A model generated the notes under the pieces. It saw nothing but the letters and a program-made list of their open reading frames with translations, had not been told where the DNA came from and made no database searches. DNA of 52,948 nt, taken from Streptococcus cristatus. GTDB taxonomy: Bacteria > Bacillota > Bacilli > Lactobacillales > Streptococcaceae. Location: contig CAJPQE010000001.1 of the NCBI GenBank assembly GCA_905372795.1, forward strand, positions 1 to 52,948, written 5' to 3'. Below are positions 40,657 to 50,813 of the stretch, in pieces (positions within the stretch are counted from its first letter, which is position 1; each line of letters starts with the position of its first letter). The position numbers were made by a program, and so were the translations under genes.

Positions 40657-43056
40657 TTAAATGATTTTCTTCTTATCAGGACGATAGGCCATTGTGCCTA
40701 AGACCATAAAAAGCAGTAAAGTCGCGGTCAAGAAAGCTAGTTGGCCACCGATTTGACCATTCATCGAGATCGTTTCCCGCAGTCCTGACACCGCATAGCT
40801 CATCGGTAAGATTGGATTGAGCTTTTGGAAGATTTCTGCCGTTAGGGGCAGCGGATAAGTACCAGCGCTGGAAGCCAGTTGCAGGAGCAAGAGGATCAAG
40901 GAAATAAAGGCCCCGACCTTACTATCCCAAGTGACCAGAGTCGTCACAACCGCCATAAAGGCCATGCTAGCTAAAACAGTCAAGGCCAGCGTCGTCCATT
41001 CGTAGTTGGCCTCAAGACCAATCAAATGAACCGCTCCATAAACCAAGATGCCCGCCAAAATAGAAATCAAACCATTGACCTCCAAACGAGCCTTGAGCCA
41101 AGCTTTGCGAGAAGCTGGAACTCGACCAGAAGGAAGCGTGCCAAAAATAACATTGGTCGAAATCGCCGCCACAAAAAGAGCGACAGAAATCATGTAGGGA
41201 GCCATACCAACACCATTTTTACCAACTTGATCTCTATCTGTCTTTTTCAGCTCGACAGGGCCAGCCAAGGCTGCTGCATTGTCCTCTGTCACTGAAAGAT
41301 CAGACAATTGACCCTTGGCATCTGTCAAGCCTGTATTTAGAGTCTGAGCGCCGATTGATAAATTTCCCAACCCACTACTTAAAGTGAGACCACCAGCCGC
41401 TAACTGCTGAGAACCATCTGCCATTTGAGTAGCACCTGTAGATAATGTTTGCATCCCTGCGACCAAAGTAGATGATTTATCATGTAATTGAGAGAGGCCT
41501 GAACTGATTTGACCGATTCCTGAAGTCACTTGGTCATTATGGCTCGCTAGGTTAGCCGCTCCTTGAGAAAGCTGATCGACACCTGCAGTATAAGCAGCTA
41601 CTCCCTGAGCTACTTGAGAAAGTCCACCTGTATAAGCCGTAATGCCTTGAGAAAGGGTCGCTGAACCAGTGCTGGCAGAGGATAAAGCTTCATTTACCTG
41701 ACCTAGGCCTCCGTAGAGACCACTAATCATAGCTGAAGCACCTGGCAGGACTTGGTTGGCTGCTGCCGACAGCTGACTTGCCTGACTGCTGGCTGTTTGC
41801 AGACCTTGCAGATTCGTTTGGATAGCTTGGACTTCCTGTACAATAGTTGCCGCTGCACCACTGCTAGAATCAGCACCGCCTGCTAGAGCGGCTTTTAGTT
41901 CTTCTTGCTCATCGGTAGAAAGTTTTTGGTAAGCAGCTGTTCCTTCTAAAGCAGCTACGGCTGCCGCCCGATCACTTTGCGCACTACTTGCCAAAGACTG
42001 GGCATTGGTCGCAATCGTCGTGAGAGAAGCCGCAATTGTTTCCGTTGGCAAGCTCGTTCCCGATGTGGCATTCTGAATAGCTGTATTGAGCTGATCTAGA
42101 CCCGCCGTCAACTGAGCAACCTTTTCTTGATTAGCAGTAACACTACTATTAACGGAGGATTGCAGTTCTGCCAAACCGCTGTTTAGGCGCTCCACACCAG
42201 CGACTAATTCCTGTGAATTACCCGTCAGTTGGTTGGTTCCATTCAGTAATGTTTGTGACTGAGCGGTTAATTGACTGGCGCCAGCTGAAAGCTGCCCAAC
42301 TCCATCTGTATATTCCGTCATCTTGCTAGTAAAAGTCGGCAAGCCGGCATTGATCTGAGCCACTCCATCTGTGTATGCTACCAGACCAGTTGACAGCGCT
42401 GTGGCTCCATCAGAGAAAGTGAGGCTGGACTGAGCTAGACTTTCCAAGTTAGTAGACAGCTTTTGGCTACCGTTTGCTAATTCCTGACTGCCTTCGGCCA
42501 ATTTAGCTGTACCATCTGCAGCTGTTCCAAGTCCACCTTTTAGCTTATCCATACTCGCAAAAATGCTTGTCACATAGCTGTTCGTGATCTTCTGACTGAC
42601 CGACTGCTTCATCGAGGTCATGGCAGAATCGCTCATTTTGCTGGCGATAAAACTATGACCACTGGATGTTTGGTAGTGGATCGTAACTTGCTTAGGCTGA
42701 TTGCTCAAGATACTAGCCGCATTGGCTGATAGATCCTTGGGAAGAGTCACCACCATGTAATAGTCGCCCTTTTCCAGCCCCTTCTCTGCCTGATCCTTAT
42801 CCACAAAATGAAAATCCATCGCTGCATTTTTCTTCATATCTTGAACCATATCTGAACCAATGGACAAGTCTTTTCCATACAAGCTCGCCTTCTGGTCCTG
42901 ATTGACCACCGCTACTGGCAAATCAGAAAGTTTGCCATACGGATCCCACATAGAGCTCAAAAAAATCACATTATACAAGGCTGGAATTAAGGCAACCCCC
43001 AGCATGACTACAATAATCTTCGGTTTTTTGAAGATCGCTTTCCATTCTTTGAACAT
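40657..43056 (-). CDS. YhgE/Pip-family membrane protein
   Basis: WDPYG..LPVAVVNQD N-terminus; heptad L..G...L repeats; C-terminal TMs with AGTYP and LPMSY; start at ATG 43056 after AAGGAG. Confidence 0.92.
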   Translation of the reverse strand: MFKEWKAIFKKPKIIVVMLGVALIPALYNVIFLSSMWDPYGKLSDLPVAVVNQDQKASLYGKDLSIGSDMVQDMKKNAAMDFHFVDKDQAEKGLEKGDYYMVVTLPKDLSANAASILSNQPKQVTIHYQTSSGHSFIASKMSDSAMTSMKQSVSQKITNSYVTSIFASMDKLKGGLGTAADGTAKLAEGSQELANGSQKLSTNLESLAQSSLTFSDGATALSTGLVAYTDGVAQINAGLPTFTSKMTEYTDGVGQLSAGASQLTAQSQTLLNGTNQLTGNSQELVAGVERLNSGLAELQSSVNSSVTANQEKVAQLTAGLDQLNTAIQNATSGTSLPTETIAASLTTIATNAQSLASSAQSDRAAAVAALEGTAAYQKLSTDEQEELKAALAGGADSSSGAAATIVQEVQAIQTNLQGLQTASSQASQLSAAANQVLPGASAMISGLYGGLGQVNEALSSASTGSATLSQGITAYTGGLSQVAQGVAAYTAGVDQLSQGAANLASHNDQVTSGIGQISSGLSQLHDKSSTLVAGMQTLSTGATQMADGSQQLAAGGLTLSSGLGNLSIGAQTLNTGLTDAKGQLSDLSVTEDNAAALAGPVELKKTDRDQVGKNGVGMAPYMISVALFVAAISTNVIFGTLPSGRVPASRKAWLKARLEVNGLISILAGILVYGAVHLIGLEANYEWTTLALTVLASMAFMAVVTTLVTWDSKVGAFISLILLLLQLASSAGTYPLPLTAEIFQKLNPILPMSYAVSGLRETISMNGQIGGQLAFLTATLLLFMVLGTMAYRPDKKKII

Positions 43057-43197
43057 CTTTTCTCCTTTTTTATACACATTGTCTAAAAATTTGATATAAT
43101 AGATTATACACAATAAAAAAATTAAGGCAAGCAGAAAAATCTATTTTTGTACACCTTATCTAATTTTGTATAATTCAATAACAAAGGAAAAATTGAA

Positions 43198-43728
43198 ATG
43201 ACAGAAAGTAATAAACGTAAAAAAACCAAGGCCATCATTGAGAAGGCTATGGTTGACTTATTGCATCAGGAGTCTTTTGACCATATTACAACAGTCGAAT
43301 TGGCCCGAGCTGCTGGTATCAGTCGCAGTAGCTTCTATACTCACTACAAGGATAAATATGATATGATTGAGCGCTATCAGCAAGGCCTCTTTCATCAACT
43401 AGAATACATCTTTGAACACAATCGTGAGGATGTAGCAGTCGCTATCACAGAGGTCTTTCAGTTTTTGACCCAAGAGCCTCTTCTGGCTGCTCTCTTGACG
43501 GAAAACGGTACTAGAGAAATTCAAAATTTCCTACGCCACAAGCTCCAATCCTTACTTTCCCAAATCCTACAAGAACGGTTTCGCAATAAAGCTCTCAATC
43601 AAATCGAAAAGGAATACGGCATCGTTTACCTCGTCAATGCCTTCTTTGGCGTCTACCAGATGTGGATCGCCCGAGGTAGTAAGGAAAGCCCAGAACAAAT
43701 GGCTAATCTTCTTTTAAAGATGCTATAA
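43198..43728 (+). CDS. TetR-family regulator
   Basis: ITTVELARAAGISRSSFYTHYKDK; divergent from yhgE/pip. Confidence 0.9.
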   Translation: MTESNKRKKTKAIIEKAMVDLLHQESFDHITTVELARAAGISRSSFYTHYKDKYDMIERYQQGLFHQLEYIFEHNREDVAVAITEVFQFLTQEPLLAALLTENGTREIQNFLRHKLQSLLSQILQERFRNKALNQIEKEYGIVYLVNAFFGVYQMWIARGSKESPEQMANLLLKML

Positions 43729-43743
43729 AACTCGACAACTAAT

Positions 43744-43812
43744 AAAGGCTGGGACAAGATGTCCTAGCCTCTTTTGGTTAATCGAATAAAAAAGAAGCCG
43801 AAATCGGCTTCT
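43744..43812. terminator. Back-to-back terminators for the TetR gene (+) and rpsD (-)
   Basis: AGGCTGGGAA-like stem AGGCTGGGAC...GTCCTAGCCT+CTTTT, and AAAAAAGAAGCCG-AAAT-CGGCTTCT. Confidence 0.7.
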
Positions 43813-43832
43813 GAATAAATTTCCAATAGAAA

Positions 43833-44444
43833 TTAAAGCATTTTGTTGTAGAATTCAACGACAAGTGCTTCGTTGATTTCTGGGTTGATTTCATCGCGTT
43901 CTGGCAAACGAGTCAATGAACCTTCCAATTTTTCAGCGTCGAATGATACAAATGCTGGACGTCCAAGAGTAGCTTCTACTGCTTCAAGGATTGCTGGAAC
44001 TTTCAATGATTTTTCACGAACTGAGATCACTTGACCTGGAGTTACGCGGTATGATGGGATATCAACGCGTTTTCCATCAACAAGGATGTGACCGTGGTTT
44101 ACGAATTGACGAGCTTGACGACGAGTAGTCGCAAGACCAAGACGGTAAACTACGTTATCCAAACGACGTTCCAAAAGAAGCATGAAGTTAAAACCAAGGA
44201 TTCCGCCTTTGATTTTTGTAGCTTGTACGAACAAGTTACGGAATTGTTTTTCACCTACACCGTAAGTGAAACGAAGTTTTTGTTTTTCAGCCAATTGCAA
44301 ACCGTATTCTGACAATTTAGAACGGTTGTTTGGTCCGTGTTGTCCTGGTACGTAGTTACGACGTGCCAATTCTTTACCTGTACCTGTAAGTGAAAGGCCA
44401 AGGCGACGAGCTTGTTTCCAAGATGGTCCTGTATAACGTGACAT
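43833..44444 (-). CDS. rpsD: 30S ribosomal protein S4
   Basis: [30 protein letters not shown]. Confidence 0.98.
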   Translation of the reverse strand: MSRYTGPSWKQARRLGLSLTGTGKELARRNYVPGQHGPNNRSKLSEYGLQLAEKQKLRFTYGVGEKQFRNLFVQATKIKGGILGFNFMLLLERRLDNVVYRLGLATTRRQARQFVNHGHILVDGKRVDIPSYRVTPGQVISVREKSLKVPAILEAVEATLGRPAFVSFDAEKLEGSLTRLPERDEINPEINEALVVEFYNKML

Positions 44445-44459
44445 ATGTATGTCCTCCTG

Positions 44460-44597
44460 ATATAAATAATATTTCGGTGGAAATAGTCACTTAGAAAGCC
44501 CTGATTCGTGCAGATGCCCTTCGCCTAAACAGCCAAGGTTACTTGTCATAAGACACCTGTTGACGAGCTTCATGCTTTCCTGCTGCTATTTCACACA
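44460..44597 (-). ncRNA. Putative S4 autoregulatory leader RNA
   Basis: About 150-nt 5' UTR between extended -10 TGGTACAAT (44604-44612) and rpsD; Bacilli rpsD genes carry structured S4-binding leaders. Confidence 0.5.
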
Positions 44598-44697
44598 AAG
44601 GCTATTGTACCATGAATAAAGTCAAAAGTAAAGGGACTCCTACAAAAAAATCAAGCCCAGAGGCTTGATTAAAGTCATTTTTAGAAAACAAGGCAGC

Positions 44698-45420
44698 TTA
44701 CAGCCCCAAAAGCTTCAAAATCTCCTGCTTGTATCGTAGCTTTTGTAGTTCCTTATCCTCACTGGCTGACCAAGTCAGTTGGAGATCTGCTACGATTTGC
44801 CCAGGCCGATTTTTCAGAATATAGATACGGTCGCTGAGAGCCAGAGCTTCCTCGATGCTATGAGTAATGAGGAGAGTCGTCAGGCCTAGCCTACGATGAA
44901 TATCCAGATACCAAGCGTGCAGCTCCATCTTGGTCAGCTCATCCAAGGCACTAAAGGCCTCGTCCAGAAGAAATAGCTTATGACCGAACATATAGGTCCG
45001 CAGCAGAGCCACGCGCTGCCGCATCCCCCCGCTCAACTCATGTGGATACTTGTCTGCCACATCAAAGAGCCCGAACTCCTTCAAAATCTGAGTAGCCTGC
45101 TCCGTCGCTTCCTTTTTGGATACTTTTCGGATTAAGAGGGGCAAGATGACATTGCCCAAGACCGTCTTGTGCTCCAACAACAAGTCCTTCTGCAGCATAT
45201 AACTTACCCTGCCCTTGGGATTTTCCTGCCCGTCTAGGACAATCCTGCCCGACTGGACCTCCAAAATCCCAGCAATCAGATTAAAGAGGGTCGATTTCCC
45301 GACTCCACTAGGCCCCAAAATCGCTACGACCTGGCCTGTCTCTACCTCTAGGCTGATATCTTTCAAAATCTGCTGCTCATTATAAGCATAGCTTACATTT
45401 TCAAGTTTAATTTCTGTCAT
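44698..45420 (-). CDS. ABC transporter ATP-binding protein (thiamine/HMP uptake, ThiZ-like)
   Basis: GPSGVGKS, LSGGMRQR, LLDEAF; TPP-controlled operon. Confidence 0.88.
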   Translation of the reverse strand: MTEIKLENVSYAYNEQQILKDISLEVETGQVVAILGPSGVGKSTLFNLIAGILEVQSGRIVLDGQENPKGRVSYMLQKDLLLEHKTVLGNVILPLLIRKVSKKEATEQATQILKEFGLFDVADKYPHELSGGMRQRVALLRTYMFGHKLFLLDEAFSALDELTKMELHAWYLDIHRRLGLTTLLITHSIEEALALSDRIYILKNRPGQIVADLQLTWSASEDKELQKLRYKQEILKLLGL

Positions 45421-46418
45421 TATTTTATATAATCGTTGCTAAATCCCTTGTCACTCAAGTCATTGTTCACGATGCCATTGTCCTTGGTCCATTTGTAAAA
45501 GGCATTCCAGCGGCTAGCCTCAAACTGACCCCACTTGTCCTTATCTGATGCATATTGCTCGGACAAATATTTTTGGGAAGCCAAGACAAAGTCTCGTTTG
45601 TTCTTCAGCTCTGGCGCATGCTTGATTAAAATATCCGCTGCTTCTTCAGGGTGCTCCATAGCATATTGGTAGCCCTTCTTGATGGCCTGTAAAACCTTTT
45701 TCGCCTCGTCTGGATTCTTCTTCAGATAGTCATTATTAGCAATAATGACTGGAGAGTAATAGTCAAACTCCTTTACATAGTCCTTCATGTAAAAGAAATT
45801 CGTGTCCATGCCCTGAGTCTCTGCCATGATACCGTCCCAGCCATGATAAATCCACGCTGCATCAAACAAGCCATTTTCAATCGGCGTAATTGAGTTGGAA
45901 TCGTTGTTGGGAACCTTTTCCACTTCATCAAACTGGCCGCCTTGGCTTTCAACCAAGGTTTTGAGCATGCCTAGCTCCACTGGATCATTCCATGTACCGT
46001 ATTTCTTGCCAGCCAGATCCTTAGGACTTGTAATCCCTGCAGACTTCTTAGAAATAATGCCCGAAGTATTATGCTCTACGATGGCCGCAACGGCCGTGAT
46101 TTCTGCGCCCTTATCCAGTTTTTTAGCCATGGAATCCTGGAAGTAAATACCAAAAGGCGCCTTGCCATTGATAATCAAATCCGAACTGCTATCTTCAGGC
46201 GGTAACTTGATATCCACATCCACACCTGCTTCCTTGAAGTAGCCCTTTTCTTGAGCCACATAAAGGCCGGTGTGGTTGGTGTTAGGTGACCAGTCTAGGA
46301 TAAAATCAATCTTTTTATCCTTACTAGCAGACTCTGAGCCTGACTTGCTGCAAGCCGCTAAGCCGAAGATAGACACGGCAGCTAAACCTGCCAACAACAT
46401 TTTATAAGTTTTTTTCAT
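45420..46418 (-). CDS. NMT1/THI5-like substrate-binding lipoprotein (ThiY-like)
   Basis: Lipobox LAAC; LDWSPNTNHTGLYVAQEKGYF. Confidence 0.9.
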   Translation of the reverse strand: MKKTYKMLLAGLAAVSIFGLAACSKSGSESASKDKKIDFILDWSPNTNHTGLYVAQEKGYFKEAGVDVDIKLPPEDSSSDLIINGKAPFGIYFQDSMAKKLDKGAEITAVAAIVEHNTSGIISKKSAGITSPKDLAGKKYGTWNDPVELGMLKTLVESQGGQFDEVEKVPNNDSNSITPIENGLFDAAWIYHGWDGIMAETQGMDTNFFYMKDYVKEFDYYSPVIIANNDYLKKNPDEAKKVLQAIKKGYQYAMEHPEEAADILIKHAPELKNKRDFVLASQKYLSEQYASDKDKWGQFEASRWNAFYKWTKDNGIVNNDLSDKGFSNDYIK

Positions 46419-46460
46419 TATAATCCTCTTTTCTTTTTTGGAAATAGCAGAGCTGAGCTC

Positions 46461-47216
46461 CTATTTCCACTTAATAACATATTTTTCACTGACAGCCACC
46501 AACTTCATCCCAAGAAGGCTGATAACCGAAACTAATATGATAATGGCAAACATAGTATCGTACTGGAAAAGTTTCTTGGACTGAATCATATAAACACCCA
46601 AGCCTTCGAAACCGCCCAGCCATTCGGAAACCACAGTCGTGATAAAGGCATAGGAAACACTGACACGCAAGCCCGCATAGAAATAGGGCAGACTAGCTGG
46701 AATCTTAAAATGCCAGAGAATCTGCCAGCGATTGGCCTGCATAAGCTCAAAGAGCGTCAGAGTATCCATATCACAATGCCGAAAACCATCCAGAATACTG
46801 ACGATAATCGGAAAAGTTGTCGTCAAAATAATCAGCACAATCTTAGGCAAAATCCCATAACCCAGCCAGAGAACCAGAATTGGCGCCAAAGCAATGGTCG
46901 GAATCGTCTGCACCACGACCATCATGGGGTAAATCAAATCATTGAGCCAGCTCATGCTGTCCATGAACACAGCTAGGATACAGGCCAAGACGACACCCAA
47001 GAATAAACCCAGCAGGGCTACTTTTAAGGTGGCCCAGCTATGACTTGCTAGAAATCCAGCATCTCTGATAAAGGCCTGACCGATTTCCAAGGGCGTCGGC
47101 AGGATAAACTTGGGCAAGAGCTTGAGCCAGCCCATGGCCTGCCAGATGACAAGGATTCCCAGCATACCCAAAAGGCTAATCTGCTGCCGCAGGATATTTT
47201 TCAAGTTTTTCATCAA
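46461..47216 (-). CDS. ABC transporter permease (ThiX-like)
   Basis: LPTP, QTIPTIALAP, SEWLGG..GLG. Confidence 0.88.
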   Translation of the reverse strand: MMKNLKNILRQQISLLGMLGILVIWQAMGWLKLLPKFILPTPLEIGQAFIRDAGFLASHSWATLKVALLGLFLGVVLACILAVFMDSMSWLNDLIYPMMVVVQTIPTIALAPILVLWLGYGILPKIVLIILTTTFPIIVSILDGFRHCDMDTLTLFELMQANRWQILWHFKIPASLPYFYAGLRVSVSYAFITTVVSEWLGGFEGLGVYMIQSKKLFQYDTMFAIIILVSVISLLGMKLVAVSEKYVIKWK

Positions 47217-47466
47217 TACTTAAAATCTTTCCATAGTTTATTTTCACATTAGCAAAAACATTGTCTGCCTGAGTGCCTGCAAGCTCAATCGCCTGCTGCA
47301 AAATAGGAAATAAGGTCTCCCATTCCCCTTCTAGAACGGTCTCAAAAGGCGTCACGACCATCTTCACTGGCTGTTTTTGCAAAAACTCAATTACTTCCTC
47401 TATGACTGCCAAACGATTCACATCATGTGACAAAGGAAGAATTTGTAAAGCGATACTGGCTTTCAT
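47176..47466 (-). CDS. Thiamine-binding protein (YkoF/MTH1187 family)
   Basis: ASIALQILPL, VTPFETVLEG; AGGAGG RBS. Confidence 0.82.
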   Translation of the reverse strand: MKASIALQILPLSHDVNRLAVIEEVIEFLQKQPVKMVVTPFETVLEGEWETLFPILQQAIELAGTQADNVFANVKINYGKILSIDEKLEKYPAAAD

Positions 47467-47599
47467 CTCTTCACCTCCTTACTTTCATGCTTCATCTGAG
47501 AATAATGTATGCAGATAGGATTAAAATTCACAAGAAAATAACTTGGTTTTTAAACAAAAAGACAGTGAGCTCCCTTTATAAACACCTTGCTTTCCATAC

Positions 47600-47631
47600 A
47601 AAAACACCTTTTCCATATTGGAGAAGGTGTT
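47600..47631 (-). terminator. Riboswitch-controlled terminator
   Basis: Minus strand AACACCTTCTCCA-ATA-TGGAAAAGGTGTT followed by TTT. Confidence 0.7.
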
Positions 47632-47702
47632 GCATGCATCAGTAAACTAAAGATTGGTGAATAATTCCCCATTTTAGCAAAACCACAAGGTCTTTACAAA
47701 TA

Positions 47703-47786
<84 letters not shown>

Positions 47787-47875
47787 GGATTATGATAACG
47801 CAATCATCAGCAAATGTCAAGATTGGAGCTTGGACTCACTACTTTTCAACTACAAGTGAATCAAACGATCATCAA

Positions 47876-48508
47876 TCAGGCAAACTCTCCTTTCGCAGCC
47901 AACAAAGACTCCATAGCCCTGATATTCTCTGACTCACTTGTGGATAAGATGGTTTCAAAACCCAGTTCAGCTGCCGTATCCAAGTTAGCTTGAATGTCAT
48001 CAATAAAGACTGACTCTGTCGGATCAAGACTATACTTTTTTAGTAGCTTTTGATAAATCTCTAGCTCTGGCTTGACAACCCCGACTTCTGAGGAAAGGAT
48101 ATAGCCCGACAGTAGTGGAAAGATGGGCAGTGAACCAGCTTTTTCAATACGGTAAAAAATCTCGCAAGTAGTTGACAGGATGTAAATGCGATAGCCTTGA
48201 TCAGCCCATAGTCGAATCTTTTCCTGTAAACCACTGTAAACCTCCACAACCTCATACCAATTGTAGAAGATATTCTGAACAACAGGATGGTAGGAGTCAT
48301 CCAGCTGAGCTAGCACTTCGTCACAGGCTTCTTTCAAGCTCAACTCTCCCTTGTCTGTTTGATGCCAGACATCCGAATCAAAAATAGCCTGTCTAAGAAT
48401 CTGTCGACGCTCTTTCTCAGGTTCGAAAGAGGTCAAGATTTTTTCAGAATTCCATTCAATCAAGACATTTCCTAAGTCAAAAACCAAATTTTTTATCATT
48501 TCTTTCAC
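47876..48508 (-). CDS. HAD-family phosphatase
   Basis: VFDLGNVL, KPELEIY, VFIDD...N...A..LG. Confidence 0.9.
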   Translation of the reverse strand: MKEMIKNLVFDLGNVLIEWNSEKILTSFEPEKERRQILRQAIFDSDVWHQTDKGELSLKEACDEVLAQLDDSYHPVVQNIFYNWYEVVEVYSGLQEKIRLWADQGYRIYILSTTCEIFYRIEKAGSLPIFPLLSGYILSSEVGVVKPELEIYQKLLKKYSLDPTESVFIDDIQANLDTAAELGFETILSTSESENIRAMESLLAAKGEFA

Positions 48509-48704
48509 CAGCCCTTTCTCTATATGTAGGAGCTTTCGTAAGTTCTAGCTCATGCCATTGCAAATCCGCTATTTCGGATGGTCTTCACCATCCTTGGTAT
48601 AGCATATTTAGGTTAAGAAAAATCCCAGAAATGAACTGTTCCTCAAAGTCGGGGTTTACCCAACTCTAGGAAGCAATACAAAGTTCTGGAATCACCTATT
48701 ATTC

Positions 48705-48977
48705 TTAGTCAAAATAGCGAATTAAATTTTTCTCTGTCAAAATATCTGAGTAAGTATAGGACTCTACATAGGTGTTGGCAATTTCACCCGGCTGTCCCCC
48801 TTCATTTTCATACTCAACGATAAAGAGAGAAGGATAAACTTCAATCAAACGACCTTGTTTACTTTTTTGGCGCTTACGGCCATTTTCCAAGGTCATCTCT
48901 ACCATTTGCCCCTCGTGAGCCTTGATGTCCTCCTTGATTTTCTTCATTTTTGCCACATCTGTAAATGCATCACTCAT
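48705..48977 (-). CDS. veg: Veg-family protein
   Basis: GRKR, YPSLFIV, SYTYSDILT; start at ATG 48977. Confidence 0.9.
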   Translation of the reverse strand: MSDAFTDVAKMKKIKEDIKAHEGQMVEMTLENGRKRQKSKQGRLIEVYPSLFIVEYENEGGQPGEIANTYVESYTYSDILTEKNLIRYFD

Positions 48978-48978
48978 A

Positions 48979-50334
48979 CTATACATCCTCTCTTTTAGAA
49001 ATACTTGAAAATTTATTATATTCTTTTTGGAAAATTAACTCAACCGTACCACGCGCTCCGCTCCGGTTTTTCTCAATAATGACTTCAACCTTATTGTTAG
49101 GAATGCCTTCCTCTTCCTCACCGGCCCGTTCATAATAGTCATCCCGGTAAAGAAAGGCTACGATATCCGCATCCTGCTCAATAGAGCCAGACTCCCGAAT
49201 ATCTGATAGTACTGGACGTTTGTCCTGCCGTTGCTCCACGCCACGTGAGAGCTGACTCAGCGCAATAACCGGAACCTTGAGCTCCTTCGCCAAAATCTTA
49301 AGCTGGCGGGAAATTTCCGAAACTTCCTGCTGGCGGTTTTCACGACCCGTTCCTGTAATCAGCTGCAGGTAGTCAATCAAAATCAGACCAAGATTCCCTG
49401 TCTCCTGAGACAACTTGCGAGCTCGCGAACGAATCTCCGTAATCCGAATCCCCGGCGTGTCATCGATATAAATACTAGCATTGGCCAGATTTGCCGTCGC
49501 AATGGTATATTTTTGCCATTCTTCATCTGTCAATTGCCCTGTACGAATGGAGTGAGAATTAATCACTCCCTCTGAGGCCAGCATCCGATCCACAAGACTC
49601 TCTGCCCCCATTTCTAGGGAGAAGATAGCCACTGTCTTATCCAGCTTGGTCCCGATATTCTGGGCGATATTGAGGGCAAAGGCCGTCTTTCCGACCGCAG
49701 GACGAGCAGCTAGGATGATTAACTCTTCTTCGTGCAAACCCGTCGTCATCTTATCCAGCTCACGGTAACCCGTCGCAATCCCTGTAATATCAGTAGTTTG
49801 CTGAGAACGGGCTTCTAGATTAGCAAAGTTAAGATTTAGAATATCTTGAATATTTTTAAACCCACTGCGGCTGGCCGTTTCACTGACATCAATCAGAGCC
49901 TTTTCTGCCCCTGCAATGATTTCCTCTGATGGTCTCTCACCGTCATAGGCTTGGTTGATGGATTCTGTCAAGCGTGAAATCAGGCGGCGTAAGATTGCTT
50001 TTTCAGAAACGATCTTGGCATAGTACTCTGCATTGGCAGAAGTCGGTACAGAGTTAACGACCTCCACCAGATAGCTCAGTCCGCCAATATTCTGCAAGTC
50101 TCCTTGGCTATCCAAAATATTGCGAACGGTGGTCGCATCGATAGCATCCCCACGATCCGCCAAGTCAATCATGGCCTTGAAAATCAGACGGTGGGCATAT
50201 TTAAAGAAATCCCCAGGCTCAATATATTCACGGACAAAGACCAGTTTGCTCTCATCGATGAAAATGGCCCCTAGTACAGACTGTTCTGCTAAAATATCTT
50301 GAGGCTGAGCTCGCAACTCATCAATCTCTGCCAT
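48979..50334 (-). CDS. dnaB: Replicative DNA helicase
   Basis: AARPAVGKT, IDYLQL, ALSQLSR, RESGSIEQDAD. Confidence 0.97.
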   Translation of the reverse strand: MAEIDELRAQPQDILAEQSVLGAIFIDESKLVFVREYIEPGDFFKYAHRLIFKAMIDLADRGDAIDATTVRNILDSQGDLQNIGGLSYLVEVVNSVPTSANAEYYAKIVSEKAILRRLISRLTESINQAYDGERPSEEIIAGAEKALIDVSETASRSGFKNIQDILNLNFANLEARSQQTTDITGIATGYRELDKMTTGLHEEELIILAARPAVGKTAFALNIAQNIGTKLDKTVAIFSLEMGAESLVDRMLASEGVINSHSIRTGQLTDEEWQKYTIATANLANASIYIDDTPGIRITEIRSRARKLSQETGNLGLILIDYLQLITGTGRENRQQEVSEISRQLKILAKELKVPVIALSQLSRGVEQRQDKRPVLSDIRESGSIEQDADIVAFLYRDDYYERAGEEEEGIPNNKVEVIIEKNRSGARGTVELIFQKEYNKFSSISKREDV

Positions 50335-50359
50335 AGGTGAATCCTTCCTTTAATTCTTT

Positions 50360-50812
50360 TTACCCTTCCGTAACCCGCAGGCGAATCACACTTGTCACAT
50401 CTTGGTAAATCTTTACAGGAACATCAATCAAACCAATCGAACGAATGGGAGAATCAACCTTGATATTCCGTTTATCAATTTTTAGGCCAAATTGCTTTTG
50501 TAATTCATCAGCAATTTTTTTGTTAGTAATCGAACCGAAAGTCCGTCCGTCTGGGCCGACCTTCTCTGTAAAAGCAACAACCGTTGCTTCTTCTTCCAAC
50601 TTAGCTTTAATGGCTTGTGCTTCTGCCACCATCTCTGCATGAGCCTTTTCCTGAGATTTTTGCTTTCCTCTCAGCTCACCGATAGCTTGTGCATTGGCTT
50701 CCTTGGCTAGATTTTTCTTAATCAGGAAATTTTGAGCATAGCCAGTAGGTACTTCCTTGATTTCTCCTTTTTTCCCTTTTCCTTTTACATCCTCTAAAAA
50801 AATAACTTTCAT
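50360..50812 (-). CDS. rplI: 50S ribosomal protein L9
   Basis: [30 protein letters not shown]. Confidence 0.98.
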   Translation of the reverse strand: MKVIFLEDVKGKGKKGEIKEVPTGYAQNFLIKKNLAKEANAQAIGELRGKQKSQEKAHAEMVAEAQAIKAKLEEEATVVAFTEKVGPDGRTFGSITNKKIADELQKQFGLKIDKRNIKVDSPIRSIGLIDVPVKIYQDVTSVIRLRVTEG

Positions 50813-50813
50813 C

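Noticed and set aside
40657..43056. Type VII secretion locus (EsaA-like)
   Set aside because: Stand-alone YhgE/Pip with a divergent TetR gene; no essC, esxA or essB nearby
47427..47645. 72-aa plus-strand ORF
   Set aside because: Antisense to the TPP riboswitch leader; no RBS or recognisable motif
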